This document shows positions 26,695-41,269 of a stretch of DNA of 64,000 nucleotides, piece after piece; the stretch's first letter is position 1; each line of letters begins with the position of its first letter. The DNA lies in the NCBI GenBank assembly GCA_016748015.1, contig JAAOMT010000061.1:248001-312000 (forward strand), in the 5' to 3' direction. Position numbers and translations under genes: made by a program. The notes below the pieces were generated by a model. It did no database searches. It saw only the letters and a list, made by a program, of their open reading frames with translations, and had not been told where the DNA came from. This DNA comes from Geosiphon pyriformis uo1. Taxonomy: Eukaryota; Fungi; Glomeromycota.

Positions 26695-28239
26695 ATACTA
26701 TTAGTTTAATATTTATAAAAATTCTTTTTATTTAATTTATTTAATTAATATTTTTTTAAAAAATTAAATTAAAACTTTAAATATTTTATTAACTAAGTTA
26801 TTATTTAAATTGTTAAAATATTTTTTAATTTTATATTTAAATTTATTATTATTAATTTTGGTTTTTTTTCATTTTAATTAATAAGTATTTTAGAAATTAA
26901 ATTAAAAATAAAAAAATAAAAAACTTTTTTCTTTTCTATGTCTAAATTCTCCAAAAAGCAGTTTTTGAAAAAAAAAGTTTTTTGTTTTTACTGTTTTTTT
27001 TAGTATTACTACTTTCAACATTTTATAAGCTAATAATTTTTTTGTGATAGATCTAATAACTGCTTCTGATAGCAATATGTTTAAAAAAAAGACACTCAAA
27101 GATGTTTTTCATAAACCAGTTAGGAGTTTTTTTTTTCAGAAAAAATATATTTTTGTATGCAATATTAAATACTTTGGTAATGAAAATAATATTTAAGTAA
27201 ATTCGATTCTGGTAGTGGTATATATTTAGACATAAATAGTAAATCTAATAATAGTAAAAATAATAATCTTTTAATAAACAGTATTAGTAGTGGTTTTCTT
27301 GGTTCAATGATAACAATCTAAGGCTAAAAATATTAATACTGGTTTGGAATATAACTTTTCTATTGGTAAAATCGATTTTGGCATAGATAAAGATAAAAAA
27401 TCTTTTTTTTCTCTTTTTAACATATCTCTAAATAAAAGATAAATTAATCTTAAAATTGTAAAAACTCAAATAAAAGTAGTTGTTAAGAAATTTTTTACTT
27501 TAAATATTAAATTTTTAGCTATAGAAAAGAAGTCAACAACAGCAAAAATTCAAGTAATTAAAAAACTTTTTTTAACAATTAATAATTTTGAAAAGGTTAT
27601 TATCTCTTCAAAATTTAAGAAAATCATTAGATTAACATTTGTTTTAAAAAAAGTATAAATAAGACTGCATTATTGATTATAGAAAAAAAATCAATGTAAA
27701 TAATAATCTTAAGAAACAAAAAATGCACTCAGATTGGACTGTAATAATCAAAAAAATTCTTATAAATACACTAAAAGAAATAATTATTACTGTAGTATCT
27801 GAGTATAGCCAAATTGTATTAATCAAATTGCAATTCATTGGGCTGTGGCAAAAGACTGTAATAGAGTTTGCTAAATCAGAACAGACAAATTAATTAATAG
27901 CAAAATAATTTTTTTTTGATTAGAAAAAATTTTGTGTACATAGCCAGAGCCATAGAAAATCATAATATTTGAATAATAAGAGATTAATTTAGAATGTTTT
28001 TATTTACTTTGTCAATAAAAACAACCACTTATAATCTAAATACTTTATTAAACAGAGCTAGTAGAAAAACTTGTATCATTAATTGATTATTCAAGACTGG
28101 TAACAAAATTTACTGTACTATAGTTGGCTTTGAATTTAATAAAAAACTAAAATTTGCTTTTTACATAGAACCAATTTTTAGTGATATTAAACTTTTTTAA
28201 ACAAGACTTAATATAATTTATTGTAAAAAATATGAGCAT

Positions 28240-29082
28240 TGTTATTCCTAAAAATTAAGGATTATAATAATAAATAAAATAGCCAATTAGAAATAAATAT
28301 AGTAAAAAAAAAAATTCTAGAATTTCAGAATTTTTCTTAAGGAATTACAAGATTTAAAAATTCCAGAATATTAGGATTCTTTTTAAAAAAATTGAAAAAT
28401 TTTAAAAAATCTTATATAATATGAATTAGCTATATATAGTAAGAGTATTAGAAACAAAAAAAGTATTTGAAACTTAGACAAAACAGTAGCTAAAAAATAA
28501 CTACTTATTTTATTATTCTCTTTTTAAAAGATAGTTTTCTATAACTTGAAGTAAAATTATTCTTATATCAATAAAATTATCTATTATTATCTAATCCATA
28601 TTATTATCACTTAATTAAAGAAATATTAATTACTTCTATATTATTAATACTCTATGTTAATAAAATCTAATACTTAATTATACTAAATTAATAGCTTTTA
28701 ATTATAATTATTAATAAAATACTAATTTTTTTTTATTTTTTTTATTTTTTTTTGTTTTATTTTTTTGTTATTTATTAATTGATTAAAAAAATTAAGTGCT
28801 AAGTATTTAACATCAAAAATAATTTGGTAAAAAACCTGAAAACAAGGATAAAAAACTTAAAAATAGTTTATTAAAAGGGCACAACTGCCAGAATAAACCA
28901 GTTACCATGCTAAAAAAAAATTTACAGAAAAAACTATTAATTAAATCTCTGTTTATTATACAAAAAACTTATCAAAACTTTCAAACTCCAAAACCTTTAG
29001 AAATTACCAACATTTCTAGTTATTAAGCACTAAATTACAGATTTGTTATTTGTTTTTACATTCCAAATAATTACCTATAACA
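28240..29082 (+). mobile_element. Solo LTR inserted in LINE ORF1
   Basis: TGTTATT...TATAACA; TSD GCAT/GTGT (ancestral GCGT); homologous to the other LTRs. Confidence 0.88.
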
Positions 29083-32000
29083 GTGTCTTAAATATAATTC
29101 TTTAAGTTTATCAGTTTTTATTCCAAGAAAAATATATAAGAAGTTTGTCTTAAATAAAAATTATGTTCAGTTGGTCTATTTATATCTAAAAAAAAATGTT
29201 CCAATTATTTGTTTTGTTGTTTTTAGTAATAAATTCTGAGTACAGATAGTCTTTTTAGTAGTTGTTTTTATTAGTGTTTGTTCTAGTTTTTTTCTTAAAT
29301 CTTCTCTATCTGGTGGCTTTTATCTTGACAGTATTTTTTTTAATTCTTAAAACATGTCTTCTTTTAATAATCAGCTAGCTTCTTTAGAATGTTTTTTTAA
29401 AGTTATTAATAGATTAAGTATTGATAATTATATGCAAATTAGATAAGATAGATTTGGTGTTTTTTGTGTCTGCTCTTGTTTCTCCTATTTTAATAGATTT
29501 TTCAGTTCTAAATATGAGTTTGGCTTCAAATCTGGTTATAAATACTTTCTTATTAATATTTTTTTCATAAACTCTAACATAATATTGAATAATTTACAAA
29601 TCTTACTTCTTTCTTATTTATTAGTAATAGTTAGAGTTTCAGTATTAAATTTAAGCAGTTCTAAGATCTTGACTACTAAGATTGGAAGTCTAAAATCTAA
29701 GATAATCACTTTTAAAGTGTTTATTAGTTCAGTTTTAAATAAATTAGATTAGTTGTATGCTAACTTAGACTCTTAAAATCTTTTTTATATCAATAACCAG
29801 CTTTGTTTGAAAGTTTGTAATCTGTAATATTAAAAAAATAAACAATATAACTAAACAAAATAATGTCATTAGGTAACATAAAAATTTAAGCAATTTGGTT
29901 TTTATTATTATAGAAACAAAGTTAAAAAAGCAGACTAAACTATAAATTAAAGATAGATTTTTGGATTTAAAAGTTTTTGTTTCTGGATTGGATGTGGGTT
30001 ATTTGGATTTGAAAATAACAGTAATAATAAATGATAATTTTATTCAACATATATGCAAAGTTTTTGAGATTTCTGGTTATCTTATTTCTATTTGGTTTTT
30101 TTTTGCCAATAAAGTTTTAGTAACAATTTTGGACTTATATGTTGGTGCTTTAGCTAATGTGAATTTAGTTAAGTACATAAAATAAACTCATGTATTGTTA
30201 AAGCTGTTAATTTGAGTTTTTATGTAGTACTAAGTAGAAATTTTAATAAGCATAGAGTAAAATACAGTGTTAGTTATAAAAAATATTTGGATTTGAGTTT
30301 ACATAACTTTTTTCAAATAGTTTTTTTTCAAGTTTCTAATATAAAGTAATTCAAAAAGAATAAGAAAGAATATTGATTTTATTTTTGTTAGTAAACACTT
30401 TTCAATAGCTGTAATAAGTAAAAATGTCAACAATGTATTAAATTTCTTTAAAACAGATTATATGTTTGTTTTTGTCTCTTTCAGTTTGAATGGTCTCTTG
30501 GATAAATACTTAAATACAATTCAAAAACAAGCTAACAAAGATTGCTAAAAGTTCAAGATCAAAAATTCAGATGTAGTCAAATAAATTTGCTTTAAAAAAT
30601 GTTTTTCTGTCAAGATGTTAATGTATTTAGATGAATTTATAAATACAAAAAAACTTGGTAATTTGAATTCTATGTAGAAAATATTGAGAATAATAATAGC
30701 CAATTCAACAGACTTGATTTTCTCTAAATATTGGTTTAATGTATTTAATTGATTAAAAAATAAACAAACTTCTAAGTTCTATAAGCTTAAAGTATTAATT
30801 GCTAGAATAGTTAATGTTTTAAACTTAAACAACAGTTCAGATTTTAATTATTTTATCAAGATTTGGTTAGCTCTTGATAATATACAAGCTTTTAAGTTTA
30901 CCAGTTTAATTAATAAAAATGCTAGTTTTATAAAAATTTTTAAACACTTATCAGTAGTCACAAAATGTTATTAAAAATTCCAATACAATAAAGCAAAATT
31001 GGCTAAGAGCAAATCTATTAAAAAGACAATTGAAAGATGCATAAAAAATTTTAGTTTAAATAAAAAAAGTATAATAAAAAGTGTTTTAAAACAAACTTTT
31101 TGTAAAATAGTGCTTGATCATTTGGTCATTGAAAATAACTTAATTTTAGAACCAAATAATGTGAAGTTTAAGATAGATAAAATTATAGTGGATTGGACAA
31201 AGAAGCAAAAAGTACATAAAATAATACCAAAATTATGATTTTTCTAATATATATTTTTGAACTATATAAAAAATAATTTTTTTTCTGGTGTGATAAATAA
31301 AATCAACATAGATAATTTGGTTTCAGTAATCAAAAACCTGCCTGATGGCAAAGCTGTTAACTTTTTAAGAATTTCAAATAAACTTTAAAAATATTATAAT
31401 AACTTAGTATTAAAATGTTTTTTGAATTTATTAAACTCTTGTTTAATTTATAGAAATATTTTAGTTCTTTGAAAAAATATCTGGGTTTTAGTAATTTCCA
31501 AATTCTATGATTGGAATAGAATACTTATAAACACATAGTCTATTGCTTTAATTGAAATAGCAAGAAAAATTTTAAACAAAATTTTGTCAGATTGTATTTT
31601 ATTAGCTTGTATAACAATTTTTTGGTTTTGAAGAGTACTACAACTTAATTTTTTATTTTTGCTATTAATTCAATAGTTAAAGACACTTTAAAAAAAAACT
31701 GGAAGCTTTAACTAGTTCTTTAGAATATGTATAAAGCATATAATTTAGTTAAATGACATTATTTGGAAACTAATTTAAAATGAATTAAAATGTGTACCAG
31801 ATTTATTAAGTTTTTTGGAAACATTTATTTAAATAGAGCCAACAAAATAATAACAGACTTTGGTCTTTTAAATGACTATAAAACACAAGATAGGCTTGAT
31901 CAAAGTGAAGTTTTTTCTTCTCTTCTTTGAAAAAATTTTTATGATCTCTTTCTGTATAAAATCAAGAGACTTGACTATTTATGCAAATACAAAGTTAACT

Positions 32001-34523
32001 TAAAATTTGTGACAAAATCTGACAAGATAGAAATTTAAGTCAGAATAACCATTAATTTTGCTGCTAAAACTTTTATGAATAACATAATTTAAGTTAATAA
32101 CAGTTAAGCAACAACACAATATATTTTGAATAAGTAAATTCTTTACAATTAATAATATCTCTATAAACAATAAAAAAACAATTGCTATTCTTATTAATCA
32201 GAAAGTTAGAAAACTTTTTTTGCTTGTTAGTAGCTTACCAATTACAATAATTAAAAAAAATAAATCTTATTAATACTTGGGCATATTTTTGTTAATAAAA
32301 AAGCTGTCAAAGCCTAATTTAGCCAAAGCTTAATTAGATGCTTAGTTTTTTTCAAATATAGTTTTGTACAAAGTTATTTCTAATAAACAATTTTGTTATT
32401 TAGTCTTTTTAATTTTACAGTTTATAATTAATTATAAAACACAATTTAATTATATTCTTAAGAATATTTGCACTAGGTAAGATGCTATGATTAAAAAGAG
32501 CTTAAAGCTCAAATAAGTCTTCTATATAATTTTTCTACAGATATATTGCTATATTCATTTCTTTATGATATAAAAACTTTTGGCCAAGTACAGACTAAGA
32601 GTAAATTATTAGCTGTTTTAAGTTTTGTAAATACATCTAATGTCTTAAAACAGCTTTTTATTCATTAATATATGAATTTACAGATTACCAGCTAGCTATT
32701 AGTGTATTTATTATATTATTTTGTTAGATTAAATATTAGTTCTATCAATAATTTTTTAGTTAAAATTATAAAAATTTTCTTATTTTGTGGCTTATATTTT
32801 TTTAATGCTCTGTCAAATGCTTTTTGATCCTCTAATAAAACATTAATATCTGAGATTTTTGAAAGCAAAAAATTTTTTAAAATAGTTTGTTCTCTAAAAT
32901 ACTTTGATATTGCTTTTGTAAAACAGTTATTGGACAAAAAAAAACATTGTTTTAACTAAAAATGTTTTAGATATTGGAAATATTTGAATTTTTAAAGCTC
33001 TATTTTTGTATAGTTTAGCTTAGTCATCTGATTTTTAGACAACAAATTGGTTATAGTTAGCATTTTGTCTTGACTTTTTAATAAATACTCTTTTAATTCT
33101 ATAGTGGCTGACTCAATTGGTTATGCTAAAAACATTTTGTTAGAATCTAGTTTAAATTTATTTAATATCTATACAGATAAGTTTATAAAACATTTTGGTT
33201 CAACTTCAGTTGCTAGAAAAGCTGCTGCTTTTTTTTCAGATGTTAATTTTGGTATTAGAATTAGAATTTATGATATTATATTATCAATCTTATTAGAACT
33301 CAAGACTATTTCTCTTATATTTGCTTGTGTTTCTATAAAAAGCAATATAATTGTTAATTTGAACAGGCAAGCTGTTATTAATGCCTGTATTAATGAATTA
33401 AAAATGGTCTTATCTAATTTTAAAAAGTGTTTATGAATAAAATAGTAACAAATAATAAACATTATTAAGAATAGATCATTTTTAGTATCTTGAATTAAAA
33501 TCAAAAACCATGCTAATATTGTAAAGAATAAACATGTCAATATTCTTGTCTCTAATATATGTTTTTTTAATTCTGTTTTTCCAATTATGATTTATGAGTT
33601 TTTTATATATACAAATAATATGGCTTTGTTTTACAATATTTATTATTATGTTAGAGATTTCTATAGAACTTTGTATGATATTAAGTAAAAAAATAAATTT
33701 AAATCAAAAATAAAAAGTGTTTTTAATATTAGTATAATAGATTGAAAAATATTTTTAGAAGTTTGGCATCTTGATAAAAACATGGCTTTTGGTTTTATAA
33801 ACAACTCATTAAATGTCTTATGATTTTATTTTATGAAAGCTCTATATAGATATCTATCAGTAATTAATAGGAAATGTTTATATAATATGTTATATTCAAG
33901 TATAAAGTGCTTACTTTGTAATAAGATCAAGACTTTTAATTATATATTTAGATGTCTTTGTAACAATAGTGCTTATAATAAAATTTTATTTAAGTTTGGA
34001 ACATATTAAATATTATTACCAAATATTGTTGTTTTTTTTTCTTTGGTTCTCTAAGATTTGTCTTTTTGTATGCAAAATATTGACTTGTATTCTGCTTTAG
34101 TAAAAAACTTTGTGCTTAAAAATTGGTTTGGTAAAGCTCTAACTGTATTTGGTAATTTTGAACTAACAGATTTGCAAATAGCAACATTTGTAAAAAACTT
34201 AATATTAATTTACAGATCCAAAATATAATGTTACAAATCTAAATATAGAGCTAATATGAATAAAAAAAGCATAATAATTGCTAATAATAGTGTAGTTTCT
34301 TAAAACCTCAAAAGCATAGACAAATTGAGTAACAGACTAATCATGTTGCTTAATGTAAAAAAAAAATAGAAAAGTGTACTTTAGTACATAATCTAAATGC
34401 TTATTTTTTTTAAGTTTGAAAAATAATATAGTAGTAGTGGCTGGTTTTTAGTATAGTCTTAATTGGTCCAAATAACTGATTACATTTAGCAAATGCATAA
34501 ATTATATTTAGTTTATAACATAT

Positions 34524-35404
34524 TGTTACAGGTGATTTTTTGAGATATTAGAACAAATAATAAACTCATAACTTGGTATTTAATAGCTATTAATGTTAAT
34601 AACTTCTGAAGGTTTTGAAGTTTGAAAATTTTTGTTGAGTTTTTGTATAATAAACAGAAATTTAATTAATGGTTTTTTTCTGTAATTTTTTTTTCAGCAT
34701 AATGGCTGGTTTATTTTAATAATTGTGTTTTTCTAATAAGTTATTTTTAAGTTTTCTATTCTTGTTCCTGGGTTTTTTATTAAGCTATTCTTAATATTAA
34801 TTACTCAATACTTAATCTCTTTAATTAATTAGTAAACAACAAAAAAAATAAAACAAAAAAAAATAAAAAAATAAAATAAAAAATTAGTATCCTATTAATA
34901 GTCATAATTAAGAACTATTGGTTTGGTGTAATTAAGTATTGGCTTTTATCAACATAAAGTGTTAATAGTGTAAAATTGATTAATATTTTTTAATTAAATA
35001 ATAATAACATAAATTAGATAATAATAAATAAGTTTTATTAATATTAGTATAATTCTATTTTAAGTTATAAAAAACTATTTTTTGAAGGGAAAAATATTAT
35101 TGTTTTAAACTAATCTGTCTTTTTTGTTTTTAATATTCTTACTATATATATATAATTTTTGTTATATAAAATCTTACATATTCTTGAGCAATATGCCATG
35201 ATTTTTTTGATAATATGCTTATTGCTAAGCAATATATTATAATTTTCTAACAGTGTGCTCATTGTTAAACAATATACTATAATTTTTTGACAATGTGCTT
35301 ATTGTTGACAATATGCTTATTTGTTAAATACTATTTTCTTATTAACCTATTTTTATTATCTGTTTTTTCTACTTATTTCTTGTACTCTTTTTCTATGAGT
35401 AATA
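34524..35404 (-). mobile_element. Solo LTR inserted in the LINE 3' UTR
   Basis: TGTTACAGG...GAGTAATA; TSD ATAT/GTAT. Its left half is the reverse complement of 28.5-29.08 kb. Confidence 0.9.
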
Positions 35405-35879
35405 GTATATATATTGTATATTTCTAAATAGTAATTAGGTCACACTTATTAAACTTAATAAAAAAAATTAAGTTTATTTAATTTTATTAATTATAAAATA
35501 CAAATTAATTGTTTATTAAAATATATTTTAGAATAAAAATTATTGTTTTAAGTTTAATTAATTTTAATAATATTATTTTATTTATTTTAAGTTTAATTTT
35601 TTATAAATATTGTAAAATATGCAATAATTTTTGTAATTATATTGTTTTTATTCGAATTTTTAATTAATTTGTTAATATAAACAGTAATTTATTAAATATA
35701 CAAGATTTTAATTGTTTTATATTTTAAAATTAATAGTACTATTAAAATTTTTATGTATATAATTTTAAAATAATTTAAAACAACAATAAATAAAATATTT
35801 AACAAAATATATTTAATAACAATAAATGTGTATTAATTAAATATTTTATTATTAAATTTTGATTTTTTTGATTTTTTAA

Positions 35880-36480
35880 ACATATTTATTTTGCTTATTA
35901 AATTAATTAATTAAAATTATTTCGAATTTTTTAAATATCTATTATAAAACAATATTTGTTTTTAAAATATTTAACAATATTGTTAATGTTTAAAAAAAAT
36001 AAACACAATCTATATATATCAAAACTAATACTAAAACTTTTATCTAAACTTAACAGTTTAATAACACTATCAAAAAACAGAAATAGTAAACCAAAAACAT
36101 CAAAAATTAAAAAACTATTATATTAAATCAGACTATTTTTCTTTAATAAAGCTTTGTATTTAGTACAGACCAATAAAATTTCATTATAATAAGTTATATT
36201 AAAACCATGCACAAAATCTATAAGTTTGTTAACAAAAATTTTAGTATTACTAAATACAGTAAAAATTTTTAAATACTAATTCTTAAACACAAAGTTTTTA
36301 ATCAAACAAGTATAAAATATACTGTTTAAATTACATATTAAAAGCAATTAAAAAACATAAAACTTAGATTAACTAAGATTAAATATTAATTTTCATAATT
36401 TAACATAAAAATTTAGTAAATATTAATAAGTAACAGAGTCTATTATATAAGTAAAAAAATAATTCAATAAATTAATTTTA
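35880..36480 (-). mobile_element. Heavily decayed LINE ORF2 C-terminal fragment
   Basis: Reverse-complement similarity to 7150-7680 (e.g. SFSISFDIYRLCLFF). Confidence 0.55.
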
Positions 36481-37149
36481 TTATAATATAAACACAAAAT
36501 ATTCAAACAGTTTTGATTAAAAAATACTTATAAATAATTACAAACAAATAATAATATAATACTTTTATAAAATAAATATGTAAACTTATAGTTTTATTAT
36601 TTATAAATTCAATAATTATGTAAAAATTAAAGTATTAAATCAAAAAAAATTAAGACCAGTTAATATTTTTTAATACAAACTTATTTACAACAATAATACT
36701 AAGATCTGTTTCTTATTATACATAATAAATAAATTAAAAAACATAATAAACAAAATAATAAATATTGCTAAAAATAATCTTATTAGTTTTAATATAATAT
36801 TTACTAATATATACAAAAAGTATTCAATTCAAAAATACAATAACATAAACCAATATATTAGTTTTTTTTCTATCAGATCAAAGTGTTTTTTAATTTTAAA
36901 TCAAACTATTTGAAAACTTTTATTATTAACAAATTTTACAATATAATATTTTTTTAATTGATATTAATTATAAAAATTAAGACATATTAATTTTAATTTA
37001 AATAAGCATATATTAAATACTATTTAATTATTAGAAAAAATAATCAAGTTATTAAAAACAAAAACACATTTTAATATTAATATTAATACAATAATCTGAA
37101 ATTTAGCAAATATTAACAAAAATAAACCAACAATTTTTTTTTTATTAAG

Positions 37150-40100
37150 TTATTAATAAGTAAAGCCCAACTGCTATTTAGTACATAGAATTAAACTAAG
37201 TGGTTTAAATTAAATATGACTTATGTGCTTTCTATATATAGCTAGTTATTTAAATCAGACAAAACAACACTATATATTTATATAAATTTTTATATTACAA
37301 ACCAAAAAAAAACAAATACAGTTTGTATCTACCAAAACTAACAGCAAATACTTTAATTAACTCTAAAGGATAGATCATATTATCTGACAAACCAACTACT
37401 AAGCCAACAATTAAACCAGACTTTATTTTTTTATTATCTACCAAACCTATTTTCTTTATATTTGCTTTAAATTTTGATTTAACAAACCAAATTTTTAAGC
37501 AATAAGATTTTATTAACTGCTTTATAAAAGCAATTACAGTATCTAAAGCTTTTTTTTTGTTATTAAAAGGCATTACAGCTTTCAAATACCATTTTTTTAG
37601 CACAAATTTTTTACAAATTAAAGCATATAAATTTATATTGCCCAAATATTTAAAGAGAGTTCTTAGCATAGTAGAAGAAAAAATACAAGTGCTTACTAAA
37701 AAATCTTAGATGTTAAAGAATTCAAACAAAATTTTTTTATAAGCAATAATATTTTTAAAACAAGTAAAAACATGATCCAAAAATTCAACTTTTTTATACA
37801 ACAGACAAAATACTCTAAAGTATTTTTTATTATATAGTTTTTTTTTGACTGCTATAGAGAAACACTTATAAACAGTATTTATTAAATATGTATGCAAATT
37901 GGCAAACTTCTTACTTATAAAACCGAAAAGCATATGCAAATTAAGATGCTATATTTTAACAGTAAACATCTAATCTATTTTTTAAATCAAATTATCTGAG
38001 ACCATATTATGATCAGAACTATTTTTTTAATAAGCACAATATATAAATTTATATATATTACAAATGAAATAAAAAATATTACCAGAAACAGCTATATTTT
38101 TAACTACAATAAAATGTTCATAAATCTTACTTAACAGAAACAAAAAAGAAGTTACAGTTATACTTGCCATCTGATTTGCTTTAATATTGCTTAAAACACT
38201 TGAATAGTCTTTAATTTTAATCTACTTGATTATAAAATTTTTGTTTTTTATCAAATTAATAATATGTTTTCTTTTTATCCAACATTGATTACAAAAATTT
38301 AGTGTGTTAAATCCAGTTTTAGATATACATATATTAATAACAACTTGGCTATTCAGATGCAAAGCCATTGTGTAAAAAAACACAACACACTTTAAAAACA
38401 AAGCAACAGCTTGTAATTTGGCCATTGTAAATAACAAAAGACCATGTATTTTAATATTAACTCTCATATTTAATACTAAAAAATATGCTACAGCCATACA
38501 AGCTATCTTTTCAGAACCCAAATTTTTTAATAATCTATCAATGTATATTTCAATGACATCTGTTCAAACCTTATATAAATATTTATAGATATTAGAAAAC
38601 TTATTGGATTTTAAAATGCTTAATCTGTTTGATCTATTAGTATAATTACAATCAACTATTAAAAAGCTTTATTACAAAAAAAACTTTGAAGCTAACTTTA
38701 ACCAAAATAACACAAAGCTCTTAAGATTTAATTTTTTCTAATAATAAAATGTTTTTCAATTATATTATTAATAAAGCATCAACATACAGCTCCAAAATTA
38801 AAACAGAAAATTTATTTTTAAACAGCAGTTTAATAAACAAAAACCAGCCAACAATTTCAAAAATTCTGTATATATGTCTTATTAGCACAATGTTTATAAT
38901 AATTGTGATATCAGAATTCAAGTAACCAAAATCCAAATCAGAAGTAAATACATAAATACCATTAAATTTGTTGATAATTTATAAATGAATTTTTTTTTTC
39001 AATTTTATTTTAATAATTATAGAAACCAAATTATTTATATTTTTATGTCAATGAATAATATCTGTTTGCTTGGCAGGATTTTTTATATTCCTAATATTAT
39101 ATGTAACAATTTTTCAAATAAGATCAGTTATTGTTAAAAAAAAATGTATGAACTTAAACTCTTATTGTTTATCTTGGCCATTAAGTCCATAATTATAATT
39201 AATAAATTGTTTATTTTTACTTTAAACTTTGTAATAATTGACTAATCTAAATACTTTAATAACAGTTTTATTACTAATAATTATATCTGAATTTTTACTC
39301 ATTATTGTATTTATTTTTTGATTTGTAATAAAAAAATTACCAAAAATTGACATCCAAAGCTAGACTAAAAAATTATTGGTCTAAATATATTTAATTTTTT
39401 AGCCAACTTATTAACTTGCTTTCAAAAGTAACAAACTTATTATTTACTTCTAAAAAAACCAGCAAAGAAAGTTTAGTATTTAAAAATAAACCAGTACCAA
39501 AAAAGACCAAAAACACTATATAAAAAGTGAAATCATTAGCAATTTAAGCCCAAATCTTTCTATTAAATAAAACTGAATAAACAATTAATATTTGTTTTTT
39601 TTATATATATTTACCAAACAAATTTAATTCTAAAAATTAATCATTTTTTTATTATAACCACCTAAATTTTTATTTATTAAACATATACTAAAAACATAGT
39701 TTAAATGTTTGCATTAAGCACAACAGGCCAAAAAAAGACCAGTTCAATGCAAATTCACACTTTTGAAAATCAAAACAAAATTAATAACAGCTTTTTTTGA
39801 TGTTTTATCAGTAAAACAAATAATAACACATCTGTTATATACATAAAAACTTGAATTATGACCAATAAAACAAGTTTTCTTACCATAAAACACCAATAAA
39901 TCAGAAAAATTATAAGCAATTGTTCTAATTGGTAAAGTATAAAATAGAGTTCAATAATAATTTCTAATTACTTATATTTGTTTATTATTAATAGTTAATA
40001 CTATACACATAGAATTTTTATCTATAAGCACTAAATATTTAAACACAATCAAACCAATAATTTTAGATGATTTAAATTCAACCAGAATCTTTTGCCAAAG

Positions 40101-41095
40101 ACTAATAAGCTGTATTTTAATTAATATAATTTTATCAAACTTAGAAAAACCTGACTTTATAGTTGATTTAAAAAAATCTATTGAAATTTTTTTGATAATT
40201 ACTTCTTAATTTATATAGCTATTTATCTTTTAATATTATTATTGATCAGAATTTTCTTATAAATTGCCATTTTTTTAGCTTTTTTTAAGCTTAATTTAAA
40301 TATAAAAGATAATTTAATAATTTTTGAAAATTTTGAAAAAGTAGATGTTTTCCAAAACTATTTACACAATAAAAATTTTTTTTACAGCCATTAAATTATT
40401 ATTAGAAGTTTTTTTAAACACAACAAAAAGTTTAATATTTATGCAAAAGATTTTACAATATCAAAATTTTGTTTTTTCAAAACATATAACTTGACCAATA
40501 GCAACTGCTTAAAACCAATAAACTTAGAAGATAAAAGCATCAAAACATTATTATTATTATTCAAATTATTAAAAAAAGATGCTTTTGGTAAGTACTTTAA
40601 TACATATGTCTAAATATAAGTCTTTTTTGATATAGTTTTGTTCATATTCTTGTCATCTACAGAAATATTTAAATTTACATAACTGATTTTTTCTGCAATT
40701 GTGTTTTTTATATTTTTTATATTTAAAAAACTGTTAATACTATTTGTTATGCTATTAGCTTTGCTCTTCTAAAACATCACAAATTTAATATTAGAGCTTA
40801 TAATATCTTTCAGATTCAAAAAATCAGCAGACAAATTAACTATGTTACTATTAATTTTAGGTTTTTTTAGCTTTTTATAAGATATATTATAAGAATAAAC
40901 ACTCTTTAAATATTTATTTAGTGCTTGAATAAGTTTTCAAACCAGCCAAACCAAAACCAAAACCACTAATAGACAAGCTTACTGATTTTATTACAACAAA
41001 AAAAGATGTATTAAAAGAAATAACAAAAAAAAATAAAAATAAAAAATAAAAAAAGTTATTTTTTTAGTAACTCTATACTTTTATTATAACTTGAG
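37150..41095 (-). mobile_element. Internally deleted LINE (5' end and ORF1 fused near 38.77 kb to RNase H, C-terminus and 3' UTR)
   Basis: ORFs 38222-38521, 37706-37939 and 37295-37669 match the RNase H and CCHC C-terminus. ORF1 RRM-like segment (IQLISLWQKILVEF) at ~40070-40200. 3' motifs at 37150-37272. Confidence 0.8.
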
Positions 41096-41269
41096 AATAA
41101 ATATGAGAAAAAATTTTTTAAATTAAAAAATATCTTAAATTTAAAATAACATTAATAATTAAAAGTTTTTTATTAAATATTATTTTTTTAATATATTAAT
41201 TTTTATAATAATAATATTTAAATTAACTTAAAAGTTAAATATAATAATAATATATTTTAACTATTAAAT

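Larger units (their letters stand above)
26900..35467 (+). mobile_element. Full-length LINE (ORF1; ORF2 = APE endonuclease, RT, RNase H, CCHC), decayed, interrupted by two solo LTRs
   Basis: ORF1 ~27045-29775 with an RRM-like segment (LIKLQFIGLWQKTVIEF). ORF2 from ~29790 (V*KFVICNI). RT motifs SIALIEIARK, LDQSEVFSSLL* and FMNN (from FVDD). RNase H NIYTDKF and KIKNHAN. C..C...C finger at ~33905-33955. 3' motifs at 34450-34520 resume at 35405-35467 with an A tail. Confidence 0.9.
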
